Shown in pieces: positions 1 to 8,516 of a DNA stretch of 32,000 nucleotides (the stretch's first letter is position 1; each line of letters starts with the position of its first letter). Position numbers and translations under genes: made by a program. The notes under the pieces are model-generated. The model made no database searches and was not told the DNA's origin. It saw only the letters and a list, made by a program, of their open reading frames with translations. The stretch is from Polyangiales bacterium (GTDB lineage: Bacteria > Myxococcota_A > Polyangia > Polyangiales > Polyangiaceae): assembly GCA_038231275.1 (NCBI GenBank), contig JBBRLQ010000022.1, positions 73,096-105,095 on the forward strand, given 5' to 3'.

Positions 1-1378
1 CGCACGCGAGGTGATGCGCCAGCGTGTAGCCGGCCGGACCGAGGCCGACGACGAGCACGTTGCGGCCGTTGTACGGCTTGGCGAACGGACGCGCGACGTT
101 GAGCGGGTTCCACCGCGTCAGAAATCCGTAGATCTCGAGGCCCCACGGCAGCTCGAGGATCTCCGTCAGCACCCGCGTCTCGATCTGCGGGATGTTGACC
201 GGCTCCTGTTTCTGGAAGATGCAGGCCTTCATGCAGTCGTTGCAGATGCGGTGACCGGTGCCGGCGCACATCGGGTTGTCCACGAGGACGAGCGAGAGCG
301 CGGCGAGGGCGTCGCCGTCGCGCCGCATCGTGTGCATCTCGCTGATCTTCTCCTCGAGAGGGCAGCCCGCGAGCGCGACGCCGATCGGGTTCTTCTTGAG
401 CTCCTTGCTCTTGGCGTCGAAGAGCCCCTTGCTGCACGAGTCCTTGTCGCGGTTGTGGCAGTAGAGGCAGTAGTCGATCTCCTGCTCCACGGTGCGCGCG
501 TCGCCCCGGCGATCGGTGAGGCGGAAGCCGTCGCGCTCGCGGCGCTCGTGATCGGGGCCGACGAAGAGCTCGGGGATCTTCGGATCGGGGCGGCGTAGCT
601 CGACGAGGTGCGCGTAGTCCAGGTTCTTCGGCTGGCGGAGGCTCGCCCAGCGGCGAATGGGATCGTGCGCGTCGGCGAAGCGCGCGGCGAGCCACGCCTC
701 GATCGCGTCGAGGGCGAAGGCGGCGACCTTGGCGTCGTCGGCGTCGGTCGGGGCGTCGGGGCTGGCGGGCGCGATCGCGGACGCGGCGACGGGATCGCGG
801 GCGAGCGCGGCGCGGACGGTCGCGACGCGCGCGCGGAGGACGTCGGTCCACTGGGCGCCGCCGGCCTTGGCGGCCTTGCGCGCGGTCTCGTCGACCTCGA
901 ACAAGAGGAGGGTGGCGCGGGCGACGAAGAGCTCCTCGTCGGAGTGCGCGTCGTGATCCGCGGGGAGGACGGCGGAGAGCGCCGCGAGGGCCGACGTCTT
1001 TGCGGCGGCAACGTCACGCCCGGCGTCTCGCCACGCCTTGCCCGCGCCGTCACGTAGGACGCGCTTTTTGCCGAAGTCGCGCTTGAAGCGCCAGAGCGGC
1101 TCGCGGTCCATGACGCCCGCGCGCAGCGCCTCGAGCTGGGCCTCGACGCCGAAGAGCCTCCCGGTGAACTGGCTCACGAACGGCGCCGCGGCCAGGAGGG
1201 CCTCGCTGATGGCCTCGTTCGTCATCCCCTTCCCCTTGCACGCGGCATACGACGCGAAGCGCGCGTGCGCGTCGGGGGCGGTAGCCAAGAACCAGCGATC
1301 GAAGTCGGCGTGGAGCGCGGCGAGCTTCGGCGGATCGAAGAGATCCGCGAACGAGTAAGGCGCGATGCCGAGCGGCAT
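1..1378 (-). CDS. Fe-S / FAD-dependent pyridine-nucleotide oxidoreductase, GltD-like (N-terminal part; gene continues past the left window edge)
   Basis: Absent from the ORF track because it has no in-window stop. My minus-strand translation from the ATG at 1378 reads MPLGIAPYSFADLFDPPKLAALHADF... A GAGG lies 8 nt upstream; an alternative in-frame ATG sits at 1471, 3 nt after the yggX stop. Cys-rich motifs YCLYCHNRDKDSCSKG and MCAGTGHRICNDCMKACIF are followed by a Rossmann GxGxxG stretch, NVLVVGLGPAGYTLAHHL, at the window edge. Confidence 0.6.
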   Translation of the reverse strand, partial: MPLGIAPYSFADLFDPPKLAALHADFDRWFLATAPDAHARFASYAACKGKGMTNEAISEALLAAAPFVSQFTGRLFGVEAQLEALRAGVMDREPLWRFKRDFGKKRVLRDGAGKAWRDAGRDVAAAKTSALAALSAVLPADHDAHSDEELFVARATLLLFEVDETARKAAKAGGAQWTDVLRARVATVRAALARDPVAASAIAPASPDAPTDADDAKVAAFALDAIEAWLAARFADAHDPIRRWASLRQPKNLDYAHLVELRRPDPKIPELFVGPDHERRERDGFRLTDRRGDARTVEQEIDYCLYCHNRDKDSCSKGLFDAKSKELKKNPIGVALAGCPLEEKISEMHTMRRDGDALAALSLVLVDNPMCAGTGHRICNDCMKACIFQKQEPVNIPQIETRVLTEILELPWGLEIYGFLTRWNPLNVARPFAKPYNGRNVLVVGLGPAGYTLAHHLAC

Positions 1379-1473
1379 GTGGCGCGCCTCATGGCTGCCC
1401 GGAGGAGGCGGAACGGACCGCGGCGGACGAGAGATCGGCGGGTCGCTTCCGGCGGCGACGGTCCCGGGCATGC

Positions 1474-1770
1474 TTACTTCTTCTCCTCGGCGGAAGAGCC
1501 CGCGGGCACGTAGGCCGTCGCGGCGAGATCACCGTCCTCGAAGCCGAGGTAGATCGCGCACTGCTTGAACATGAACTTCTGCCCCTCGGGCGAGGCCAGA
1601 TCGACGCGGTAGGTGTTGATGTACTTGACCGAGTCCTTCAGCCACATGGCCCAGGCCTCTTTCGAGACCTCGTTGAACACGCGCTGGCCGAGCTCGTTCT
1701 TGTACGGCGGGCGGGCGAGCCCCGGCAGGTCTTTTCCGAGCTTCTTGCAGTGGACGATTCGGTCGGTCAT
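1474..1770 (-). CDS. yggX: Fe(II)-trafficking / oxidative-damage protection protein YggX
   Basis: 98 aa ORF. MTDRIVHCKKLGKDLPGL..PYKNELGQRVFNEVSKEAWAMWL...YVPAG aligns by eye with the E. coli YggX pattern (FC..L......L...[22 protein letters not shown]). It lies immediately upstream of the oxidoreductase on the same strand. Confidence 0.85.
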   Translation of the reverse strand: MTDRIVHCKKLGKDLPGLARPPYKNELGQRVFNEVSKEAWAMWLKDSVKYINTYRVDLASPEGQKFMFKQCAIYLGFEDGDLAATAYVPAGSSAEEKK

Positions 1771-1870
1771 GGCGAGGGGGTTTCTAGCCGTTCGGCGCCC
1801 GCATTGCCAGCAGGGCGCAAGGGAGCCACGGCGGGGCGAAACTGGGCCGCGATCCGCGTAGGATCAAACG

Positions 1871-3739
1871 GTGCGGTCGGCGTTCCTCCCGTTGGTGCTG
1901 CTCGCGTGGCTCTCGGTCAGCGCGTGCGGCCCCTCGGGAGGCGCGAAGGGTCCCGGTGGGGCCGAGCTGGGGCTCGTCGTCGTGGTCATCCTGCCCACGC
2001 CGGAGAAGCTCCCCTTCGATCCCCAGGACGCGCGGCGGCGGGCCGCGTCGGCAGAGCTGGGCCGGATCGTCGGACACCCCATCACGTTCGCGATCGAGGC
2101 GGGGCTGGCGGCGGAGTGGCGGTCGGGCTTCGCCGCGCAGCTCATCGACGCGGTGGAGACGGTCGCGCGCGATCTGACGGCGCTGCGCGAGCGGTCGCCG
2201 GTCGCCTTCGCGCACGGAGCGCCGCTCCTGGAGCGGATATCGTGCCGATACCGCGCGGTCGCGACGAAGGCCGAAGGGTCGCTCGACGCGAAGTCGCGGA
2301 CGATCGACGTGGTCGAGCCGGCGCACGGCGGCGCGCTCGTCCCGCGCGGCCTCGTGTTCGGCGTGCTCCTGGATGACTACGAGGCGTTCGCGTCGGCGCG
2401 CTACCTCACGATGGCTCCCGCCGACGTGCCCATCACCGAGCGGCGCGCGTACTTCGATCTCGTCACCGGCTCACGCGCGACGAGGGGAGATACCGAGCCG
2501 CTCTTGGACAAGCGCTCGGCGGCGATCGAACGGCTCGTCGAGCTCGCGCGCGTCACCGGCGGCTCCGATCCGGCGCTCGCGGCGGATCTTCGCAAGCACC
2601 TCCTCGGTGAGCGGCGCCACTTCGTCGACGCGTACGTGCATCACGGCGAGGAGGCGCAAGGGGCGGCGCCGGCGTTCCATTCGGCCGAGCGCGCGTGGAT
2701 CGGGTGGCTCGTCGCGACGCTGCCCAGGTTCACGGCGGAGGAGAAGCTCGAGCTCGCGCACGACGTCTTCGCCCGTGGATTCAACGGAAAGGGATACCTG
2801 CCCTTCGCGTTTCCGGGCTTCGACGCGATGGGCTTCGCGCTCGGCGTGGTGGACGGGTGGATCGCGGCGGGACACCCCGACACGTTCGCGACGCACACGC
2901 CGGAGACCCAGCTCTACGAGTACATCGTGTGCCCGCACCCGAAGAATGCGGACGGCGATCGCGTGATGGGGCCGCGCTGCGACTACCACATGTACCGGCT
3001 CGCCCTCGAGAACGAGGCCGCGCGCAAGCGGCTCGTCGACGCGATCGTGTCGCGACGCGATCCGGTCTTCACCGAGCAGGCGTTCGCGGCGATCACGTAC
3101 GCCGACGGACGCGAGGATCCGCTCGCGCGCTTTCTGCTGCTCCTCCGCGGCGTCGAGGCCGACGAGGCGGCGTGGACGATCGGCGCGCGCGTCCTCGCCG
3201 AGCATGCAGAGACCGGCGGGGCGCGGCTGGTCGATGAGGTGCGGCGCCTATGGGCCGCGTACCCGCCCCGGCGCGCGTCCCTCCTCGTCGTGCTCGCCGC
3301 GGCCGATCCGTACGACAACGGCGCGGTGGACTGGGCGGGCTTCGCGCACGATTACGGCGCTCCGCTCGACCCCGCGCTCCTCGGCGCGATGCTCGATCGC
3401 GCGCCCGCCGACGTCGCGCGCCTTCCGGCGATGTGGCCCGCGTTCGGCGGAGGCTGGTCGCGGTCAGCGGTGATCGTGCCACGCCTCGACGCGTTCCTCG
3501 ATCACCCCGCGCGGCGGGATCCGCAGCGCCCGTACACGACGATGCGCGCGATGTTCCACCGCATGTGCGCCGACGGAGCGAGCGGCGCGGCAGACGTTGC
3601 GCAAGTGACCGCGCACCTTCGAGGGCGCGCGCGAACGCGGCCCGGCGATCCCTACGTGTCGCTCGCCGACGAGGCGCCGACCCACTGCGGCGCGCGGACG
3701 TCACGGCCGGCAACGCCGCGCGCGCGAGGCCGACAGTGA
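1871..3739 (+). CDS. Lipoprotein of unknown function, paralog 1 of a tandem pair
   Basis: 622 aa ORF with a GTG start and AGGA 7 nt upstream. N-terminus MRSAFLPLVLLAWLSVSAC-G is a signal peptide plus lipobox (VSAC). Collinear similarity to the next gene. I recognise no known domain. Confidence 0.65.
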   Translation: MRSAFLPLVLLAWLSVSACGPSGGAKGPGGAELGLVVVVILPTPEKLPFDPQDARRRAASAELGRIVGHPITFAIEAGLAAEWRSGFAAQLIDAVETVARDLTALRERSPVAFAHGAPLLERISCRYRAVATKAEGSLDAKSRTIDVVEPAHGGALVPRGLVFGVLLDDYEAFASARYLTMAPADVPITERRAYFDLVTGSRATRGDTEPLLDKRSAAIERLVELARVTGGSDPALAADLRKHLLGERRHFVDAYVHHGEEAQGAAPAFHSAERAWIGWLVATLPRFTAEEKLELAHDVFARGFNGKGYLPFAFPGFDAMGFALGVVDGWIAAGHPDTFATHTPETQLYEYIVCPHPKNADGDRVMGPRCDYHMYRLALENEAARKRLVDAIVSRRDPVFTEQAFAAITYADGREDPLARFLLLLRGVEADEAAWTIGARVLAEHAETGGARLVDEVRRLWAAYPPRRASLLVVLAAADPYDNGAVDWAGFAHDYGAPLDPALLGAMLDRAPADVARLPAMWPAFGGGWSRSAVIVPRLDAFLDHPARRDPQRPYTTMRAMFHRMCADGASGAADVAQVTAHLRGRARTRPGDPYVSLADEAPTHCGARTSRPATPRARGRQ

Positions 3740-5655
3740 ACGGCCTTCGCGCGTGGATTGTCGCGGGGGCGACGGCGCTGGTGGTGGCCTGCGGCGCGGC
3801 GAACGGCGGCGGCGCGCACGGGCAGGCGATCGGCCGACTGGTCATCGTCATCGTGCCGCCCGCCGATCCCCTCCCCTTCGATCCCAGGAGCGTCCGCCTC
3901 GCGCAAGCGGCGCGTGAGCTCGCGGACATCGTCGGCGCGCCCGTGTCGTTCGAGCTCGACGCGGCGCTCCTCCCCGAATACCGCGCGAGCTTCGAAGAGC
4001 AGCTGATCGCGTCGATCGAAAACGCCGCGCGCGATCTGGCGTCGCTGAAGAAGGACGCGCCGCGCGTCTTCGAGAGGGCGGCGCCTTCGATCGGGACGAT
4101 CGCGTGCCGCTACAAGGCCACCGCCGAGCACGCCGATGCGGTGCTGTCGCCCGAAGCGCGAACGTTGACCATCACCGAGCCGCCGGGGAGCCGCGCCCTC
4201 GTCGAGCGCGGGCTCGTGCGCGAGGCGGTCATCGACGAGTTCGAGGCGTTCCTCGACCGGCGCTACCACGACAAGGAGCCCGCGCAGGTCCCGGAGGGCG
4301 AGCGCGCCGCCTATTTCGAGTACCTCACGCGTACGCGCCCTGGTCGCGGCAACCTGATCGATTGGCGCGCGCGCCAATCGCTGCAGGGGATGGAGTCCAC
4401 GGTCCGCGAGCTGGAGGCGCACGGCCAGAGCCTCGTCCGGATCGCGGCGCTGGGGGAGCTCCTGGGAAAGTCGGTCGATCCGGTGGCGGTGGCGGTCCGC
4501 GCGCACCTCGTCGACGAGGCGCGCGACATGGACCTTCGCGAACGCACGGACCACCGCGCGATCCTCGACTTGCCGAAGGACAGCCAGTGGAGGCGCGCAG
4601 AGGCGACGTACGTGCGATGGCTTTCGACGAACGCGTCCGCCCTCACGGACAGCGAGACGCGGCGCATGGTGGAGGTGATGTTTCCTGCGATGATCGCGTG
4701 CCGCGAGGAGGATGTTCGCGACCCGTGCTGGAGCGAGCCGCCGTCGTTTCCCGGCTTCGATCGCTTCCAGTTCGGTCTCGCCGTCGTCGACGCGTGGCGG
4801 AGCGAGGGTCGGCCGCGCGACGGGATCGGCGACCACTTCGCGATGCTCGACGGCGTCGTCTGCCCGCACCAGACCGCGCCGGACGGAAAGAGGACGCGCA
4901 ATCGAAGCTGCGCGAGCTCCTTCTACCACTACGCGATCGCGACGCCGGCCGCGTCCAAGCGCCTCGCGGCTGCGCTCGTGCAGCGCCACGATCCGATGGT
5001 GGTCGACGAGGTCTTCGCGAACCTCGAACGGGAGCTGCCGGCGCGCGTCATGGCCCTGTGGCGTGCGCTCGAGAACGATCCGCCGGAGTGGCAGGCCGCG
5101 TCGCACGTCGTCCTCGAGCACCTCCTCAAGGAGGCGCGCTTCGAATCGGCGATCGTCGACGAGGCCAACCGCTTCTGGCAGCGCGGGGCCGAGCGACGCG
5201 GCGTCGCGCTGTTCGCGCTGGGGTGGAAGTATCGAACCACCGATCGGCACTACGCCGATCCACAGATGCTCGACTTCCCGAAGCGCTACGGCGCGCCCGT
5301 CAGCGAGGGCGAGCTGCGGCAGCTCCTCGCGCTCGGGCCGCTCGCGGTGCCGCTCGTCCCCGTCCTCTGGCCTGCTCTCGGAAAAGGGTACGCTCGGATC
5401 GACGTCCTCGCGCCGCGCCTCGACGCGTTCTTCGCCGACCGGGGCGCTTCGAGCGGCGAGCCGAGCAAGACGCTGCACGCCCTGGTCGAACGTCTCTGCG
5501 CCGACGGTGACGCCGCGGGTCTCGCGCGCCTCCACGCGGTGCTCGTCGCGCGCGTTCAAGCGCACCCCGACGACGCCGCGCCGCTCGGCACGCTCCTCGC
5601 GGACACGACCCACTGCAAGCCCTCGCCCGCACGCGGGCGCAGCGGATTTCTCTAG
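3736..5655 (+). CDS. Lipoprotein of unknown function, paralog 2 of a tandem pair
   Basis: The track ORF 3250..5655 is over-extended upstream. The GTG at 3736 overlaps the upstream TGA (GTGA, 3736-3739) and gives VNGLRAWIVAGATALVVAC-G, a signal peptide plus lipobox (VVAC). 639 aa. Blocks shared with paralog 1: PLPFDP, I(S/A)CRY(R/K)A, ERRAYF/ERAAYF, FPGFD, VCPH, PRLDAF, R(M/L)CADG, THC. Confidence 0.65.
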   Translation: MNGLRAWIVAGATALVVACGAANGGGAHGQAIGRLVIVIVPPADPLPFDPRSVRLAQAARELADIVGAPVSFELDAALLPEYRASFEEQLIASIENAARDLASLKKDAPRVFERAAPSIGTIACRYKATAEHADAVLSPEARTLTITEPPGSRALVERGLVREAVIDEFEAFLDRRYHDKEPAQVPEGERAAYFEYLTRTRPGRGNLIDWRARQSLQGMESTVRELEAHGQSLVRIAALGELLGKSVDPVAVAVRAHLVDEARDMDLRERTDHRAILDLPKDSQWRRAEATYVRWLSTNASALTDSETRRMVEVMFPAMIACREEDVRDPCWSEPPSFPGFDRFQFGLAVVDAWRSEGRPRDGIGDHFAMLDGVVCPHQTAPDGKRTRNRSCASSFYHYAIATPAASKRLAAALVQRHDPMVVDEVFANLERELPARVMALWRALENDPPEWQAASHVVLEHLLKEARFESAIVDEANRFWQRGAERRGVALFALGWKYRTTDRHYADPQMLDFPKRYGAPVSEGELRQLLALGPLAVPLVPVLWPALGKGYARIDVLAPRLDAFFADRGASSGEPSKTLHALVERLCADGDAAGLARLHAVLVARVQAHPDDAAPLGTLLADTTHCKPSPARGRSGFL

Positions 5656-5676
5656 GGCGTACGAAATCGGCTTATT

Positions 5677-6471
5677 TCAAGCGCGAAACGGGAGCTCGAG
5701 CTGGCCACGCGCCTGGATGCGGAAGGCGGCGGGCACGCAGTGACCAAGGACCGTCAGCTCCATGCCACGCGCCCGCGGTCGGATCGCGGCGAGCGCGCGC
5801 TCGGGTGTGTTGTTGGTGCGCGACATGTGGCCGAGGAGGAGGCGCTTCATGCGGCTGCCGACGAGGCGCTCGGCGATGTCGGCGGTCTCGTGGTTGCCGA
5901 GGTGACCGAGGCCGCCGCTCACGCGCTTCTTCAGGCGCGGCGGGTACGGGCCCATCTCGAGGAGCTCGCGGCAGTGGTTGGCCTCGAGGAGCGCGGCGTC
6001 GCACCCGCTGAAGAGGCGCACCAGCTCGCGCGTGGGCGCGCCTACGTCGGTCGCGATGCCGAAGCTCGCCCCGCCGGGACCGCTCGCGGTGACGCGCAGC
6101 GCGACCTGCGGTGCGTCGTGCGGGACGGAGACCGCGTCGACGTGCATGCCGCCGACCGCGAACGTGCGACCCGGCTCGTACGCGCGCACCTCGAAGCGCG
6201 CGCGCACACGCTTCGCCTCGATGCCGGGGTGGAGGAACGCCGGGCACCGGAACGCGCGCAGGAGCGACTCGAGGTGACCGATGTGGTCGCCGTGCTGATG
6301 CGTGATGACGATCGCGTCGAGCGCGCGCGTCCCCAAGTGGAGACCGAGCGACTCGAGCCTCCGCGCCGACGAGCGCGGCCCGAATCCCGCGTCGACGAGC
6401 ACACGCGTTCCGCCGGCCTCGATGAGCGTCGAGTTTCCCTCCGAGCCGCTGCCGAGGACGAAGACGCGCAC
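5677..6471 (-). CDS. MBL-fold metallo-hydrolase
   Basis: 264 aa. MRVFVLGSGSEGNSTLIEAGGTRVLVDAG followed by the HxHxDH motif (ITHQHGDHIGH), typical of the metallo-beta-lactamase superfamily (YycJ/PhnP-like size). Confidence 0.8.
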   Translation of the reverse strand: MRVFVLGSGSEGNSTLIEAGGTRVLVDAGFGPRSSARRLESLGLHLGTRALDAIVITHQHGDHIGHLESLLRAFRCPAFLHPGIEAKRVRARFEVRAYEPGRTFAVGGMHVDAVSVPHDAPQVALRVTASGPGGASFGIATDVGAPTRELVRLFSGCDAALLEANHCRELLEMGPYPPRLKKRVSGGLGHLGNHETADIAERLVGSRMKRLLLGHMSRTNNTPERALAAIRPRARGMELTVLGHCVPAAFRIQARGQLELPFRA

Positions 6472-6536
6472 GGTCCCGACCTTAGTCCGGAGGACATGCC
6501 TTCGCTGCTCGAAAACGCACCGATTCGCAGTAGAGT

Positions 6537-8516
6537 ATGGTGCTCGACGCCATGGCGCTCCCGACCTCCTGCCCCAAATGCAGCACGCCCCTCGCGGACC
6601 AGGCGAAGTTCTGCGGCAAGTGCGGGGCGGTGACCGAAGACACGTCGATGCGAACGCTCATGGAGTTCGCGGCGCCGCCGAGCGTTCGCGCGCTCGCCCC
6701 GGTCGGAACGGAACCTACGCAGCCCGACGTCCCCGCGCACAAGCCCGCGGAGGACGGCAAGCTGAAGCAGACGATGCTCGGTTTCTCGGCGATGGAGGTC
6801 GTGAAGGCGAGCAGCCCGAAGGCGACGCAGGCGATGGCGCAGACTCCCGCCCCTCCCGCAGCGGCACCCCCCGCGCAGCCTCACGGCCCCGCGCCAATGC
6901 CCGCCCCCGCGCAGGCACGTGTTCCGATCGGCGGAACCATGCTCGGCATCGCCGCACCTCCCAACCTGATGGGCTCGCCTGGGCAAGCGACCGCGCAGCC
7001 GCAGCAGCACCCTCAGCAGGCGGCGACGCAGGGTCGCGCGCCGATCGGCGGAACGATGCTCGGCGTCGCCATGCCCGGGATCGCTCCGACGGCGGCCGGA
7101 CAGGCGCCGCCGCAGACCGGACCGCGCGTCGGGAGCACGATGCTCGGCGTCGCGATGCCGGGGATCGCGCCCACGCACGGCCAGGCGCCGGGACGCGGGT
7201 CACAGCCGAGGCAACGCGCCGTCGGCGCTCCGGTTCCGCTCGGTCCGATCGTGCCGGCCCCCGCGCCGCTAATCGACGACGAGCCGCAAATCGCCGCTCC
7301 GATGCGCGGCGCGCGGGGTGGCGTGCCGATGTCCGCCGTCGCCGCGGGCCTGGCGGGCGTCCTCCTCCTCGCTGGCATCCTCGTCGCGATCTTGTGGAAG
7401 GGGGCGCCGCCAATCGTCGCGCGCCCGACGCTCGACGCGCAGGGGCACGAGGCGCTGCACCTGGTCTGCGAAGGATGCCCCGACGGGACGCGCGTCGAGC
7501 TCGCCAGCAACAAGACCGAGCTGAAGGATCACCAGGGAGATCTCCTCCTCGCAACGCCCCTCGTCATCGGAGACAACCCGTTGTCGCTCCAGGTCGTGCG
7601 TCCCGGCATGGGCCGCAACGAGGCCGTGAAGATCGTGGTGCCCGTTTCGTTCCGCATCCACGCCGACATGACCACCCTGAGCGCGAAGCCGCCGGTCATC
7701 ACCATTCGCGTGGAGGCGCTTTCGTCGTCGAAGGTGGAGCTCGACGGCAAGGCCGTGACGCTCGACGCAGAAGGACACGCGGCCGTACCGATCGACGTGA
7801 CCGCGGAGACGACCGGCCCGAGCGTGGAGACGCGCCGCATCGACAAGAAGATCGCGTACGTCGTCACGCACAAGGACGGCCAGGCGACCAAGGGCACGTT
7901 GCCAGCGGCGGTCGGGATCGCGCCGCTCCAGCTGGACGCACCGACGTCGCACGCCGTCACCGATCGCAAGACGGTCATCGTCGCGGGCCAAACGGGGCCC
8001 GGTGACTCGGTCAAGGTGAACGGCGAGGCGGTCGCGCTCGACGCGGCGGGTACCTTCAACAAGACGCTCTCCTTCGGCGCGGGAGACCTCGCGGTCGACG
8101 TCGAGGCGAGCGGGCCGCAGCTCGCGCCGCGCACCGTGCACGCCACCGTCCGGCACGTCGACAACCTCGACGCAGAGGCGAAGGCGGCGGAGACGTTGCC
8201 CCTCGCCTCCTACGACGCGGTGAAGGACGACATCGCGGGCAACGCCGGCAAGGCGATCGTGATCGAGGGAGAGATCGTGGATACGCGCTTCGCCGGCCAT
8301 CAGACGATCCTCGTCGTCACCGATCACCGCGGCTGCGCCGGCAAAGCGGATCCCAACGCGTGCCTCGCGCGCGTGCTCTTCGGCGGCGAGGACAAGCGCA
8401 AGAAGGGGGAGCTCGTCCGCGTCTTCGGGCGCGTCACCCGCGCGGTGCCGGCGCAGAACGGGCGCAGCGTGCCGGAGATCGAGGCGGACTTCCTCGCCAA
8501 GGCGAAGGGCCGTTGA
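6537..8516 (+). CDS. Zinc-ribbon single-pass membrane protein with repeated TMLG motifs and Ig-like extracytoplasmic repeats
   Basis: 659 aa. N-terminal CPKCSTPL..(9)..CGKCG is a CxxC...CxxC zinc ribbon. Then a P/A/Q-rich linker carrying 4 TMLG motifs and a TM helix (VAAGLAGVLLLAGILVAILW). Then repeated beta-rich modules (e.g. SVKVNGEAVALDAAGTFNKTLSF). An alternative start is the ATG at 6552. Confidence 0.65.
   Translation: MVLDAMALPTSCPKCSTPLADQAKFCGKCGAVTEDTSMRTLMEFAAPPSVRALAPVGTEPTQPDVPAHKPAEDGKLKQTMLGFSAMEVVKASSPKATQAMAQTPAPPAAAPPAQPHGPAPMPAPAQARVPIGGTMLGIAAPPNLMGSPGQATAQPQQHPQQAATQGRAPIGGTMLGVAMPGIAPTAAGQAPPQTGPRVGSTMLGVAMPGIAPTHGQAPGRGSQPRQRAVGAPVPLGPIVPAPAPLIDDEPQIAAPMRGARGGVPMSAVAAGLAGVLLLAGILVAILWKGAPPIVARPTLDAQGHEALHLVCEGCPDGTRVELASNKTELKDHQGDLLLATPLVIGDNPLSLQVVRPGMGRNEAVKIVVPVSFRIHADMTTLSAKPPVITIRVEALSSSKVELDGKAVTLDAEGHAAVPIDVTAETTGPSVETRRIDKKIAYVVTHKDGQATKGTLPAAVGIAPLQLDAPTSHAVTDRKTVIVAGQTGPGDSVKVNGEAVALDAAGTFNKTLSFGAGDLAVDVEASGPQLAPRTVHATVRHVDNLDAEAKAAETLPLASYDAVKDDIAGNAGKAIVIEGEIVDTRFAGHQTILVVTDHRGCAGKADPNACLARVLFGGEDKRKKGELVRVFGRVTRAVPAQNGRSVPEIEADFLAKAKGR
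6771..7148 (+). repeat. Intragenic short-motif repeat: four T-M-L-G cores (ACGATGCTCGG / ACCATGCTCGG)
   Basis: KQTMLGFSA (6771), PIGGTMLGIAAP (6935), PIGGTMLGVAMPGIAPT (7053), RVGSTMLGVAMPGIAPT (7137). The last two copies are near-identical at the DNA level across TMLGVAMPGIAPT. Confidence 0.7.

Noticed and set aside
229-1053. A 274-aa minus-strand ORF extremely rich in P/R/S/T, plus the 11..598 and 608..1057 plus-strand ORFs
   Set aside because: These are alternative frames of the real minus-strand oxidoreductase gene, which has clear Fe-S and Rossmann motifs. Their low-complexity composition is an out-of-frame GC-rich artefact.
3250-3735. N-terminal 162-aa extension of the 801-aa track ORF. 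The same problem applies to 11784..12206 before metH, 18864..19319 before the GT39 gene, 19507..20868, 24267..25445, 25528..26061 and 8360..8512.
   Set aside because: Each extension overlaps a well-supported upstream gene in another frame and is Arg-rich low-complexity sequence. The recognisable protein (signal peptide or conserved N-terminus) begins at an internal start that overlaps or closely follows the upstream stop.
3652-5613. Long antisense ORFs: 3652..5613, 6042..7178, 8324..9799, 17263..18363, 19496..20806, 23770..25278, 25798..26928, 28430..30178
   Set aside because: All are antisense to genes with recognisable motifs or signal peptides. They have an R/D/E/H-rich composition, no motifs, and the wrong third-position GC pattern.
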